From NCBI GenBank assembly GCA_027923505.1, contig BROI01000018.1, positions 124,001-188,000 of the forward strand: a stretch of 64,000 bases of DNA, read 5' to 3'. The notes below the pieces were generated by a model, which searched no databases, was not told the origin of the DNA, and was given only the letters and a program-made list of their open reading frames with translations. The translations under genes and the position numbers were made by a program. Shown one piece after another: positions 9,497-21,430 of the stretch. Every line of letters starts with the position of its first letter. Positions within the stretch are counted from its first letter, which is position 1. The DNA is from Mayamaea pseudoterrestris. Taxonomy: Eukaryota.

Positions 9497-11929
9497 ATGA
9501 AAATTATTTTCGTGGTAGCGAGCTTGGCTGTGTCCATTGAGGCTAATAACAACGACCTTTTCTACTACGGATTCAGCGACGTAGACATTGAAGGAGGGAC
9601 GGCCTATGGGCAACAAAATTGGGGAGATGTGACCTGCGATAATTTGGAAGAGTGTGTAAGTGCAAAGCGAGTCACTTTTTTGAAACATTTGAGAATATGC
9701 TCACACATACATTAATTCTGTTTCCATCAAAGTCTGGATATCCCGACAAATACTTGCAGGGCAAAGGATTTTCCGTCGGTGGTAGCAGCAATTGCTTGTG
9801 GTGCCCTGAGAATGGGCCTCAGAACTGTGGACTGCACCGACAGTCTCCCATCAACTTGGAACGCAATCGTGGCCTTGTCGGCGATCCCATGGAAAAAGAG
9901 TGTCCTGATTGGCACTTTATGCATGCGCAAGAAGGGAGTTGCGTTTGGGAAGACTTGCTAGATCAATTTGAAATTGAACGACACGCTTTAAAGCTGAAGA
10001 TTCCAGTTCAAGATGATGGGGAGATTGACTGCGTTGACACAGACGGCTTGCGTAGGTTTCCTCGAACGGATTACTCGAAAGGATTCCCCGATTGGTGGTG
10101 GATGGACCACACCAGCATTCAGGTACCATCTCAGCACACTCAAGAGGGCAAGCGCTACGATGCTGAAGTACAGCTCAATCAGTTTTATGAGATTGAACAC
10201 CCGAAGAACCAGGTACGTTGACCGGCGATGAGCGAGAATGGTGGCAAGACATACGCTAACATTCGCTGTTCGAAAATTACCAGTTGGGTAGCATCTCAGT
10301 CTTTCTCGATGCCTACAATAACACCGCACCTTGGCCCATGCTGGACAAACTCATTTGTCAATGGCGCAAGGTAGAGGAGGAGGCTCGCAGTGGGTGCGGA
10401 CTTGAACCATCGCCGCCGCAGGACGTGCGCCTTGTTTCGAGACCAGGAGCCCACGACGCGTGGACTGCGGAATTGAAGGGAGAATTGTTCGCTTACACAA
10501 GATCGCCGAACGCAAAAACAACCAAACCGCCCATTGCCTCAGCAAACGAGACAGAGGCCCATTTGCATCCCAGCGACTACGGAACCCACAATGCAGGTGA
10601 CGTCCACTCCGTCCCAACTGCCTGTATCAGCGGCCCCAACACCGAGGTACATCAATAACCGCACTCTGAGAAAACGGTCGCTCCTTCTTCCGAAGCAGCT
10701 CCTTCGGATAGAACTCCTTGGTGGCAAGCTTGGGGTCGACCAGATGGTTTGGTTCCGACACCGACCGCCCTCCCTCAATGGCACCTGGCGCTGTGCAGAA
10801 CGTCACGACAGGCTCTGTACCGGCCGCGATTGAATGCAGCGCATATCCTGCGTCGAGCATTGAACGAATGTGTTCATCGTCGCAGCCATGCTGTGAATCT
10901 ACTCGATCGGAGACAACCTTCTGCTGGGATATCTACGAGAATGTTTTCCCTGGCTCTTTGATTGAGCGCTTGCCACCAACGCTGCGCAACTCCCAAAGAC
11001 ATTGGCCCACCGGCTGATCCATTGCCTGAAGCCAAAGACGTACAATGTTCTGCTATAGACAGTCCATACCGAATTTGCAAGCCAAACAGTTGTTGCGTCA
11101 GTCCCCGCTCGACTAGCACTTATTGCATGGAGATATACGACCAGTTCGGTGAAGACATGGAACAAATATGTGTAAGTGTAAGAGTTGGCTGTGTTTATTA
11201 TGCCAATAATCACAATGGCGCTTTCTGACCATTATCGTCACCCCACATCCTGCAGCACTATTGCTGCGCCGAGAGTCAGGTAGTGGGACCGGCGCTTCGC
11301 CGAAATTTACGCGGTCCCGACGCCAATGAGCTGCAGCGTAAGAGCCGATCGAGCACTCAGGAAGCTGACGCTTATGGACGACACCTCCTCCTTGGCCCAG
11401 AGAATTTTGATGGATCAGTTGATGAGCATGCCTACTATGAGCACGTACAAGATTACCAACGGCAACGAAAACTTCAAGAGTCCATGGTGCACGAGGAAGA
11501 CTATGCTGATGTCGACTATGGCACATTTGACTGGCTGATTGAAGCCAACACCGAATACTACTTCAGGTACGAAGGCACGCAAGTCGTTCCTCCGTGTTGG
11601 GAGGTGGTACACTGGCGGGTGTTGAAGGACCCGATTAAAGTCCATCCGCGCAGATAGCGAGCTATCGGCCGCTGGCCTGAGAATTTTTACAAGCGGATCC
11701 AACCGCTGTGAGGTAGACACCGCAGGCCGACTTTCGAGGATGGTAACTCTATGAACTAAGTCGGGAGACGCACACCCACCTCCTCCACCGAGACGTCTTC
11801 TGCGAGTGCAAGGATTGGCCATCAAAGTTTGAGTCTGACAAGCAGTGGTGCAAAAATTGGATGAATAAGACGGCGGAAGAACGGTTTTACAAAACTCCCT
11901 ACAGCTTTGATAGCAATGGAGAGTGGTAG
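9497..11929 (+). pseudogene. Secreted alpha-carbonic-anhydrase-like gene with a Cys-rich insert; several frameshifts (pseudogene or consensus errors)
   Basis: Signal peptide; RQSPINL; VPSQHTQEGKRYDAEVQL; YFRYEGTQVVPPCWEVVHWRVLKDPIKV; C-terminal FCECKDWPSK...GEW*. Introns 9656-9732, 10213-10283, 11172-11255. Frame breaks between ~10420 and ~10970 and at ~11650-11790. Confidence 0.75.
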
Positions 11930-11963
11930 CAAAACATGCTAAGGGGTAGCTTGTAAACAGTAA

Positions 11964-12740
11964 TTACATATACATGAGATAAAGTCTGCGGTTAGGCGTG
12001 AACTCATGGAACCGTCTACATGGCGTTTTTGGCTTTGAAACTGCCGTAGCATTTGCAATGCCTCCATTTTCATCTCCTGCTGGCAATTCAATGTCTTTTA
12101 GCTTCCTTCTTATCCAGTTGGCACACTCACAATATACTAACTGCAACAGGGGTCACTGTTTGCATGTTTGCAATGGTCCAATCACTTTATTTGCGCATTT
12201 TGCCTGCGCTTTCCCTCCGACAAGAAGGTAGATAATTCTTTTGTCTGAAAGAGCCTCAAGGCGACCAAGCTAGGGAGGCGAAAACTAACCAGGCAAACGC
12301 ATGACGCTCCAGCGAACTTGCTCCAGGCATGGAGGCATAGTTGTCGAATCTCATGTTTGAGGGACAAGCTGGAAAGAGTCAAAGAAGGCACGGTCAGTGT
12401 CGACACCTGCGGGGCCCAGGCCATTTAAACCCCGATGTTGAGCGCACGTTTTCGCAACTTTGAGAGCTACAGCTTCCCAAACTTGTATAAAAGCTCAAAG
12501 AAACCATAGGAGCCATTTTCATCGCTCACTTCGATGAGAATGGCGACGTTGCCAATGGAGTTTGTCCTTTGCATTGCTTGTAGTCGTGTGGGACAAGATG
12601 ATATCGGCCATGTACCGGGTAGCGTTTGCCATCGATGGTATGCCGACTTGAAATCGCCACGTCTGTAAACTGTAGGTACCATGGGTAGGGAAATCCGAGG
12701 GAGAAGTCAATCGTTGGTCGGATATAGACACTTTGGCTAC
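11964..12740 (-). pseudogene. Degenerate second alpha-carbonic-anhydrase-like copy, convergent with the first
   Basis: Fragments in shifting frames, RPTIDFSLGFPYPWYLQFTDVAISSRHTIDGKRY (~12720-12620), IGNVAILIE, STTMPPCLEQVRWSVMRLP (~12347-12290) and LVYCECANW (~12140), are collinear with the 9497-11929 gene. Confidence 0.65.
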
Positions 12741-13273
12741 CTAGTAAGCGCGAAGGACATGGGGGAGAACCTGGCTAGCGGTACGGGAGGATTTGATTGC
12801 TGAGCTTAAACGTGCAAGGAAGCATTCGAATCTCATGTAGAGGCAAACTTACAAGACACGGCCTTCCGCGCGGCAGTTTCCGATCAGAAACTTAATACAG
12901 AAACTTAATAAGATGGAGTGCTCGCCAGGCACGTTGCAGCGTTACATTCTTTAGCAAAGCAATTGTGCTCAGTGTATTGTTGCGATGATTAAAGGCCCGC
13001 GTGCGCAGATGACGCAATGGTATGAGAGAATGCTATGTCTTATGACGTTTCAAATGGTTATCAGCCTCACTCGAGGCGAGACGAAGTTAACTACTGAGAA
13101 CGTTGCAAGCAAAAGCTAACACGCACTCTTTGAATAGTTTTAGCAATCCACCGGCAGCACAAGAATCTATGGATCAAAAGTATATTGCATTTAAAGCTTT
13201 TAAAATTCCTCATTAACTCCGCGGCATGACACTTTGCAAGACCCACACCACCCTTTTCGTCAAAACTCCTCAT

Positions 13274-13972
13274 TCAATCCTCATCTTCGTCGTCGTCTTC
13301 TTGCTCATTATCCGCATCAGCATTCCTATCATAATCATCTCCGTTCCTGCCAAAATTTGCGTCATCGTCGCCCTCTGCAACAGCATCATCCGAATGCTGC
13401 GACCGAAAGCGCCGCACCAACTCCATTTCGTTGTAGTGTCGCTTTCTATGCTCCTTGAACTCCAACTGGCGCATTTCACTCTTGCGATCATCGACAACTT
13501 CCTCATCATCCGCTTGACAGCTACTCGCCGAAGGACTGGACGGATACGTTTGCTGGACGGCAGCGACAGAGTCAAGTCTTGTCTGCAGCAAGTCCCAGTC
13601 AACCGATGGTTTCTGATTGGCGGGTGACTTGCAGCGACCCGATCCATCCGACTCGGCTCCAGAGTCATACTGCGCGTGATACGGCGTGTTTGGTTCATCA
13701 ATCGACTGTCTCGTGCCTCGCAGCTTGTTGTGTTCGGCAATCGTTTCCTCGTCAAATTTGAGTTGCTTCTTTTGATGGTCCGACTCTTGCTGCTGCTCGC
13801 GGTTCTTTTTCAATGCAGGTTTCGCAGCAGTCTTGTGTCCATCTGCTGCAAGTTCATGATCAAGAGAATGATGATGTTCGTCCGTGTCACTCCCGCTGTC
13901 AGGCAAGAATGAAGTCTTGTCGGATGCTGGCATTTTTTGATCCTGGTCGACGCCATCTACTAATTCGCTCAT
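13274..13972 (-). CDS. Protein phosphatase 1 inhibitor-2 (IPP-2 family)
   Basis: KPALKK, LKFDEETIAEH, IDEPNTPY and FKEHRKRHYNE motifs; acidic tail. Confidence 0.9.
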   Translation of the reverse strand: MSELVDGVDQDQKMPASDKTSFLPDSGSDTDEHHHSLDHELAADGHKTAAKPALKKNREQQQESDHQKKQLKFDEETIAEHNKLRGTRQSIDEPNTPYHAQYDSGAESDGSGRCKSPANQKPSVDWDLLQTRLDSVAAVQQTYPSSPSASSCQADDEEVVDDRKSEMRQLEFKEHRKRHYNEMELVRRFRSQHSDDAVAEGDDDANFGRNGDDYDRNADADNEQEDDDEDED

Positions 13973-14309
13973 GGTTCTAAACGATATGTCAATTAAGTAT
14001 GGCGAAGGCTGCAAGCTCTGCCTTACTATGTATTTGGTTAAACGTGAATGGAAGCCGAGTTGAAGAGAAGGGCAAGTGAAGTGAGCTTGGTGTGTGATGG
14101 GAGGATCGCGTGAAGCGCGCCATGGTCCGTCGTCAACCGTTGCGTAGATTGCAGCTTGCGGCGCGTGTGCTCCACGCAGGATCGGGCCGCATGTTGCGTT
14201 CGCACAATGGCGCACAGCCGCTGCTTTGAAATAATTCAATCTGCTGCCGTAAACAGTGGTGCTGCTATTACTCCTCCATAGCCATCTTACTACGCAACGA
14301 TATTTCGCA

Positions 14310-16670
14310 ATGAATCCCCCACAATCCTTGTTTTCGCCTCCGGCGCAGCAGCCATTGAAGAAGCAGCGCGCCACGGATACGCCGGATCGGTTCATTGGAC
14401 AAGTGGATGACGCAGTATCTCGAAGGAAGGCCGAGTTAGCCAATCTGCAGAATCAATTATCAAGCAGTCGGCAGAATAATGCGCATTCTGATATCTTGGC
14501 CCGTGCCCGCATGTCTCTGCAGAACTCCACGACAAGCCAGCCTCCAGCTCCTCCATTTCCAGGCCAACAGCAAATGGTGGGGCGTCGCACCAGTGATTTG
14601 TTTCCAGAAGCTCCAAAGACGGCAATCCGTCCGGGACCTCCGCACGGAAATTCTTCTCCTTCCCCGCCTGGGACGACGCCTGAGACAGCAAAGGTTGTGC
14701 GACGCTTGGATGTTACTTTTGCGTCAAATCGCAAGAGTGTGAGTCCGCAGCAGCCGCAGCCGCAGCCGCAGCCAACATCTGCCTTGCGATCCAAGAGTGC
14801 TCCTCCCCAGCGACCTCCGCCGCCAGGTCCACCTCCTAATACGCAATCGGAGCATCCAGAGAAAGCTCGCCCTCCTCCGCCGCCGCCCCGTCCAAGCCAT
14901 ATTCCTCCGCCTCGGCAAGGAAATCCTCCACCTCCTCCTCCGCCAGTGGGAGTTGCCAAGCCGGCTGCCGCTGCTGGAGCACCTCCAGTCTTTTTCAAGC
15001 AGCAGCAACCTCCGCCGCCACCACCACCGACTCCGACCGCTCCGTCCGTCTCATTTGCTGCAGCAGCAGAGACTCTCCCAGAACTTGTTTTGGATCCAGA
15101 CATGTTGTCTCCACCTGCTGCTGCAACTCATACAAAGACGTCGTCCATGGACATTGACTTTGGTAGCGACAGTCATGATGCCGACTTTCTTACCATGGCA
15201 ACAGAGGATGCTCCGGCTCCTATGCAAACGCCAGACGCTGAAGCGTCCAAGCCAGCCAAGCGACGCAATACTCCGTACTTTGCGCGATCGAGCTTGGATT
15301 TGAGCGAGGAGGATGATGAAGAAGACGAAGAAGACGCATTGGACGGACATGGAACAGAGACGCCCAACACTATTGACTTGATGCAAAGCGTATCTGAAGG
15401 GCAGGATCATGAGCAGCAGCAGCATCACCATAACAACATTTACGCGGGAACTGTAAGCGCGCCGCCAGATGCAGCATCCGTCGACTTGCGCCTCGCCAAG
15501 GAGCTGGCGCGGGCCGAACAGGAAAAGGCGCAAGCCATGGAGCGAGTCACGGAGCTGGAGCAAAGGCTGTTTGAAGTGCAGCAGACGCGTCACGACGAGT
15601 TGGGTCCTGGAAGCAATCGCGGCAGCAATGGCGCGGCAAATTACGTAGTCTTGTTTGACAAGATTAACCAGTATGGCGTTGATGTGGCGTTAGATTGGGC
15701 TCGTCAAGAAGCTGCGAATAGTCACAGCAATGGAGTCAATGACTCCTTTTTGGAGCCGGCGATTGCGAACCAGCATATGCACCGAAAAACGCCCATGCCC
15801 CGGCCCAAACCAGCCCAAGAAATGGATTTGGAGATGGATCTTTTAATTGAAACGACAACGCAGTGCTCCCACGAGTTTGTCGACGACGATCATCGTGTCG
15901 TATTTATTGTTCGCCGCCCATATGGCGTAGAAGACGACCGAGAGCTTTGGTTGTCAGGTGGTCAGCTTCCCAATAAAGGCTACGCGAACAAGGCGAGCGT
16001 GACGCAGTGTCGATCGATCGAGCTGGTTGCTCGCATCCCGTTTGACGACAGTGTCTTGTCGTTGTTCGATGAAGGCAATGTCCGCCATCAGAATGCACTT
16101 GGTGACTGGGAAGACTTTGGAAATGTCTACGAGCGTAGCGGCCCACTTGGGTCAATCCTTTACGTGGATAGGGACGAGGGGACGCAAAAAATGTACTCTT
16201 TGGATGACATTTTCGACAAGGCTATTGCTACCCGGCAGTTTTATTGTCAGACTATCCTTTCCGCTGCTACGTGTTTGAAGCGAGGCAAGGCCTTGAGTGT
16301 CGCCCATACTCCGCTTGCTGCGAATGACGTTGCACCAATGTCGCCCGGCAAAGATGTGGGAGTCGATACGAATGATTTGCCAAAGCCAAAAGCACCAAAG
16401 ACAGTTGCGAAGAAAACTGCTCCTCCTGCTCCGGCGGAGGCCGTTCCCGATGTGGCGACACAGTTCTTTAGCATGTTCATTTCTGGCATTGTTTGGTTGC
16501 TGTGGAGCATTTTTGTTCGTTTGCCTCTTCGGATTCTTTTTAATATTGTTGCCTTGTCAGCTGCCGTTGCCCTAGTCGCGTTTGCATGGGTGTACTTGGA
16601 AAGTAGCTCCAATGCAGCTCATTTCGGATCAGCGGTCGATGCCATGTTCAACCAGCCTGGTATCATGTAA
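14310..16670 (+). CDS. Proline-rich, coiled-coil protein with a C-terminal membrane anchor; unknown function
   Basis: Single long ORF: poly-Pro tracts, acidic stretch, heptad-like segment (LAKELARAEQEKAQAMERVTELEQRL), hydrophobic C-terminus and short tail ending FNQPGIM. Confidence 0.8.
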   Translation: MNPPQSLFSPPAQQPLKKQRATDTPDRFIGQVDDAVSRRKAELANLQNQLSSSRQNNAHSDILARARMSLQNSTTSQPPAPPFPGQQQMVGRRTSDLFPEAPKTAIRPGPPHGNSSPSPPGTTPETAKVVRRLDVTFASNRKSVSPQQPQPQPQPTSALRSKSAPPQRPPPPGPPPNTQSEHPEKARPPPPPPRPSHIPPPRQGNPPPPPPPVGVAKPAAAAGAPPVFFKQQQPPPPPPPTPTAPSVSFAAAAETLPELVLDPDMLSPPAAATHTKTSSMDIDFGSDSHDADFLTMATEDAPAPMQTPDAEASKPAKRRNTPYFARSSLDLSEEDDEEDEEDALDGHGTETPNTIDLMQSVSEGQDHEQQQHHHNNIYAGTVSAPPDAASVDLRLAKELARAEQEKAQAMERVTELEQRLFEVQQTRHDELGPGSNRGSNGAANYVVLFDKINQYGVDVALDWARQEAANSHSNGVNDSFLEPAIANQHMHRKTPMPRPKPAQEMDLEMDLLIETTTQCSHEFVDDDHRVVFIVRRPYGVEDDRELWLSGGQLPNKGYANKASVTQCRSIELVARIPFDDSVLSLFDEGNVRHQNALGDWEDFGNVYERSGPLGSILYVDRDEGTQKMYSLDDIFDKAIATRQFYCQTILSAATCLKRGKALSVAHTPLAANDVAPMSPGKDVGVDTNDLPKPKAPKTVAKKTAPPAPAEAVPDVATQFFSMFISGIVWLLWSIFVRLPLRILFNIVALSAAVALVAFAWVYLESSSNAAHFGSAVDAMFNQPGIM

Positions 16671-16851
16671 GCGACGTGGACAAGGATTATCCATAAATGG
16701 GTACCAAGATACAAGTAACGAGTAAACGCATCTAAACTATGTTTGGAGTACCTAGCGGTGACTTTTTGAGTGCTTCCATTAGTCGCGCAAAAGAAAACTG
16801 AATTCGAAACCGACGCAATCCTCGTCTGCCACGACCGCTTGATTTCGCGAT

Positions 16852-17631
16852 TCAATTCATGACCGGCCACTCCTTGAAACGCATGAAATGATTGCAATAG
16901 CCTGATGGATTCTTTTCGAGATAGGCCTGATGTTCGTCGTGCGCCGGATAGAACGTCTGAATGTCGTAAATTCCAGTCTCAATCTTCTTGCCGGAATACT
17001 TTATCTTGCCGGCATCGAGCAACGATTGCAGCTCCGTCTTGACCTTTCCAGCAATCTCCTTTTGCTGATCATCGCTGCAAAAGATTGCCGAACCATATTG
17101 CGATCCCGTGTCGTTGCCTTGGCGATCCTTGGTCGTTGGGTCATGGAACATGTAAAAGAACTTGATCAACTCTTCGAAATGCTTCTCCGGCTCGTTGAGT
17201 TCAACGTTTAAAACTTCCACGTGGCCCGTTGAACCAGAACAAACCTGCAATATGGCGATATGTTTAGTCAGTCATCGTGTTTTAGAAATTATCTAATGGA
17301 AGTGTGCAAACGCCAATCGTACCTGTCGATAAGACGGATTCTTCATGGCATTTGGATCGGGGCTCATAAAACCCACGGCGGCCGAGGCAATGGATCCGGG
17401 AAACATCTTTTGAAAGTCCTTGACGACATATTTTTCGGTACCCCAGTAGCAGCCGGCGCCCAACGCAAGAGTCTTGGAGAGTGGAATCATGTTGCTGCTG
17501 CTATCGGTCGTTGTGCTGTTCATACGATGAGATGGCGAAAGGTAGGCGGCAATCGATTTTGTTGCAGTCGAAGCGATTGAAGACTTGTTAGTAGTAGAAC
17601 GTAACAGCTCTTGTGAAAGTCGACGAAGCAT
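16852..17631 (-). CDS. msrA: Peptide methionine sulfoxide reductase A (Cys form); exons 17631-17323 and 17244-16852
   Basis: GAGCYWGTE active site, NPSYRQVCSGSTGHVE across the intron, HDPTTKDRQGNDTGSQY, EHQAYL. Start may be 17631 (transit-like) or 17523. Confidence 0.93.
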
Positions 17632-17924
17632 AAGTAGTTGGCGTACCGTTAAGTTTAAACTGGCTCCGATAACTTGTTCGAGTCGGAATGGCATGTTAAA
17701 CATCGAAGAAGATCGCGCGAGCGCCATGGTCGATCGTCGTCGCCAGCTCATCAAACGCGTGTCGGACCGGTTAAACCGAGTACCGTAGCGACTTCACTGA
17801 AGCTGCGCGTTTCAACCATCCATCTGCTTCATTTCTGGATTTGTTCCGCGAAAGACCTGTGGGTTTGGATTCTATCTCGTGTGGAACCTCATAAGTTAAT
17901 CAACGAGATAGCAAAGAGACTAAC

Positions 17925-18789
17925 ATGGCAACTCGGTGTGCCTTTGAGAATTCTAACGAAGTAGGCGTCTTTGCGGCGCTCACGAACGCTTACTGCCTGA
18001 CAGGTATGTGTGGTGTCGTGATGTCTCTCTCGTTACACCGATGAAAGTATGTACATCTCCATGTATAAACTTTTTCCTTGCTAACGCTCCAATTCGTCTA
18101 TATTTTGTGCTACTTCAGGCATTGGTGGTTCCGAAAACTTTTATTCCATCTTTCAAGCCGAGCTTTCGCAACACATTCCCGTCGTTCATGCCACCATTGG
18201 AGGCAACCGATTCGTTGGTCGCACCACGGCTGGCAATCGCCGCGGACTCCTTGTTCCAAGCACGACGACCGATATCGAGCTGCAGCATTTACGGAACAGT
18301 CTTCCAGATTCAGTTGTTGTTCAAAGAATTGAAGAGCGACTCTCGGCGCTTGGAAATATTATTGCGACGAATGATCACGTTGCTCTCATTCATCCTGATA
18401 CAGATCGGGAGACGGAGGATGTGATTGTTGATGTGCTTGGAGTCGAAGTCTTTCGACAAACAGTAGGAGGACAAGCTCTTGTTGGAAGTTACTGCAAGTT
18501 TACGAATCAAGGAGGTATGGTGCATCCCAGGACGACAGTTGAAGACATTGAAGAACTTTGTGGACTTTTGCAAGTACCTTTGATTGCTGGAACAGTTAAC
18601 CGCGGTTCAGACGTGCTTGGAGGTGGCATGGTGGTTAACGATTGGAGCGCCTTTGTTGGTTTAGATACGACGGGTACGGAAGTATCTGTCATTGAATCAA
18701 TCTTTAAGCTGCAGCAGCGCGGCGCGGGTACACAGGGCGCAAGCATGGTGACGGACATGCGCTCGTCGTTGATTGATCAGCTATCTTAA
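17925..18789 (+). CDS. eIF6: Eukaryotic translation initiation factor 6; exons 17925-18003 and 18119-18789
   Basis: [25 protein letters not shown]..., [41 protein letters not shown]. Confidence 0.95.
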
Positions 18790-19069
18790 CTAAAGTATGC
18801 ATGCATGGACCTGCTTTATTAGCGTATTATTAGCATATCGCTAGAATGTGTTTCAAGTTTTGGCGACATGACACAAAAAGCTGGAACTGTACATGTTCGA
18901 ATTCTATACTTATGGAAGCGCGAGCAACCAAGCCAGGGAGGCCGTGACAGCAAAAGCCTTTTGTATGCGTCCGAATCGTTGTCACCGCCTATGCCGCCAC
19001 AAAGGTGAGCTGTATCAATTCGTCATGTGATGGCGCCAGCTAACTCGCAAGGCAATGTTGCTCAAACTC

Positions 19070-20918
19070 TCATCGCTCTAAGTTACCCAGATCCAGTGCG
19101 GAGACGAGCGTAGAAGTAGTCACATTCTCTTCCAGTGTTTCTTGATGCCATATGTCACTGATGAGCGTCTCGGATATGGTGGGTAAAGCTGGCTCATCTT
19201 CAGTCACCGCAGCAGTCAGCATCGTCTCGCTTTCCAAGCGCTTTGCAAGCTTGGCGGCGCGAATAGATTCCTCCGTTTGCAGAATACCATTCTCTTTTAG
19301 CACATCCGCAAGCGAGCTGTATCCTTCGAATGGCTTGAATAAAACCGTTGTGAGATCAGCAATGAATGAGCCAAAAAGTGAAAACCCAACTAGAAACATG
19401 ACTGGAAATGTGAGAAGATCAGATGCAACCAGGGCTTCCGGTTCCAATGACAAGTCCCCTAAGCCGACTGTAGTCAAGCTCACAAAGGACCACCAGTAGG
19501 CGTCACTCAAAGAGAGATCCACACCAAGTCGCACATACTTCCATTGCTGGTAAACATAAGCAATGACAAGCATCCAAAGGTACAGCAACACTGCCCAGAA
19601 AATGCAGGAAATCCAAGGTTTGGACTCAATTGGAATTCCTTGCCGAGACGCAAAATCATTAGCAAGTGAACTTAAAACATAACCAGCACTCGCAGCGACT
19701 GCGCCAAAGAGGAGAATGTTCAAAAAGCCAATGGTAAAGAACATCGTCCGCCCTTGCCAAGTGATTGGGACAGCATTGCCATACCCTATGGTTGTCATTA
19801 CAGTAAACCAAAACCAAACACTGGCTACACTGTTCGGGTAGCATCCAGCTCTACCAGTCGCTTGGTCGACTGATCGCAAGAAAATGTCATGCTTTGCTTG
19901 AGCTGCTTCTGATGAGTTCATTGCCGACAAGTCTATCTGATTTAGTTCATCAAAGTAAAATGTGAGGGCATCTCTGTTCCAATCATTCTTATATTGCAGA
20001 TTTTGCGAGGCCTGAAATGGTTGTGTGTAAGTCAGCGACGAGTGAGCATTCAACGACTCAGTCTCACTCTCGCATACTTACTGGCAGCAAACTTTTTCGA
20101 TATGCTTTACTCGCTCCTTTCAAAATGACTGAATCCTCAAGTGCTCCTTCAAGTGCAGTTTGATTCCACAACGTGCTATTGGCCTTGAGAGGACAGCGGT
20201 TCCAGCTAAAGGTCAAGTCCGATGTTGCATGAATCCGACTAGCAGTTGATGTTACGCCATCAACCAATTCGCGAACGTACGGCTCCGCGGAAGCACTGCA
20301 ATTTTCAAGAAAGGTCAACAACTCCGTAAAGTTGAGCGTCTCATTCGTGTGGTTTCGGATGTATTCCGTCAATAAAGATCCGCTTTGTGCCGCCCGCGAT
20401 GGCGGACCGGGAGCCACGAAGCCTTGCTCGTAACTCCCATCGTCAGGAACGCTCGGCAATATGTCAACGATTCGATCGTTCGCCACTTGCGAAATAGTTT
20501 TATTCGAGATGTAGATCTCTAAACACATGGTAGGAAGACGTTGCGTTATATTCGCAAACGTTGTAGATTGAAAGGTTGCGAGTGCTTGGTTCTTTAGAAT
20601 AGCGTCGTTTTGCTCAAATTCTGGTCCACTTTCATAAACGGCAAGACCATAACCGAACGCAAATGAGACAAAAATCAAAGACCATAGTGGCAGAATCACA
20701 CCAAGTAGCAGCGCCCAGCAGCGAGGACACATGAGAAACCACTTTCCAGGCGGCTTTTTGCGCTTCGGTTTGTCGTCGTCGCTCTCGTGTGAACGCTGCG
20801 AGCCATTTTCATTGTCATCTTCTTCGTCGTCAGTGCCGTAGCCAAAATGTGCGGCATGAATGAGTTCTTCCGCACTTCCCTCCACTGGATCAGGCGGAGG
20901 ATGTGTTATTACAGTCAT
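19070..20918 (-). CDS. Two-pore-domain (K2P-like) potassium channel; exons 20918-20082 and 20011-19070
   Basis: Pore loops TVMTTIGYGN and SLTTVGLGDL, four TM segments, long extracellular region after M1. Confidence 0.88.
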
Positions 20919-21430
20919 ACTGCTGTTTGACTGTCTTGGGCGAGCGACGGTACCATGGTCGAGTCCACAACTCACGGAAGTGCAGTCACGTCACGCTGCG
21001 TCAAGTTGCATTGTGTACATTAACCCCCAGAGTCATCAGGAATAGAGGTCGTAGCGGTTTCCAGTTCAGATCGCCTCCGAATGTTCCCGCATTGCATTGT
21101 CAAGTTTAGTGTGGAGTCCATCATCACCGGGCCACGGGACTTGGTAGATTCAACAAAAGGTTGGAGTTGCCAATCATAATAATAACTCACGTTCAATCCA
21201 ACCCAGTCGTTTTCCTGGAAGGTTTGAAGATATATCACTGAATGAATTGCACATCCTACATCCTGTATGCTTGCCTAGCAACCGCAGAGACTCTTATTGA
21301 AGCTTGCTGGCCCATGGGTATGGCAATTAAGTGTGTTAAATTGACTGAAACCCTTGCTGCCTGCCTGCCAGCAATGACTTTACTCGACCCACACCCTGTC
21401 ATTTTCCTGGAGGGTTTGAAGGCATATTAA

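Noticed and set aside
14453..15593. Gly-rich and other antisense ORFs over the Pro-rich gene
   Set aside because: Mirror images of low-complexity codons on the coding strand.
16852..17631. MsrA as a further selenoprotein
   Set aside because: The active site is encoded as Cys (GCYWG); no in-frame TGA.
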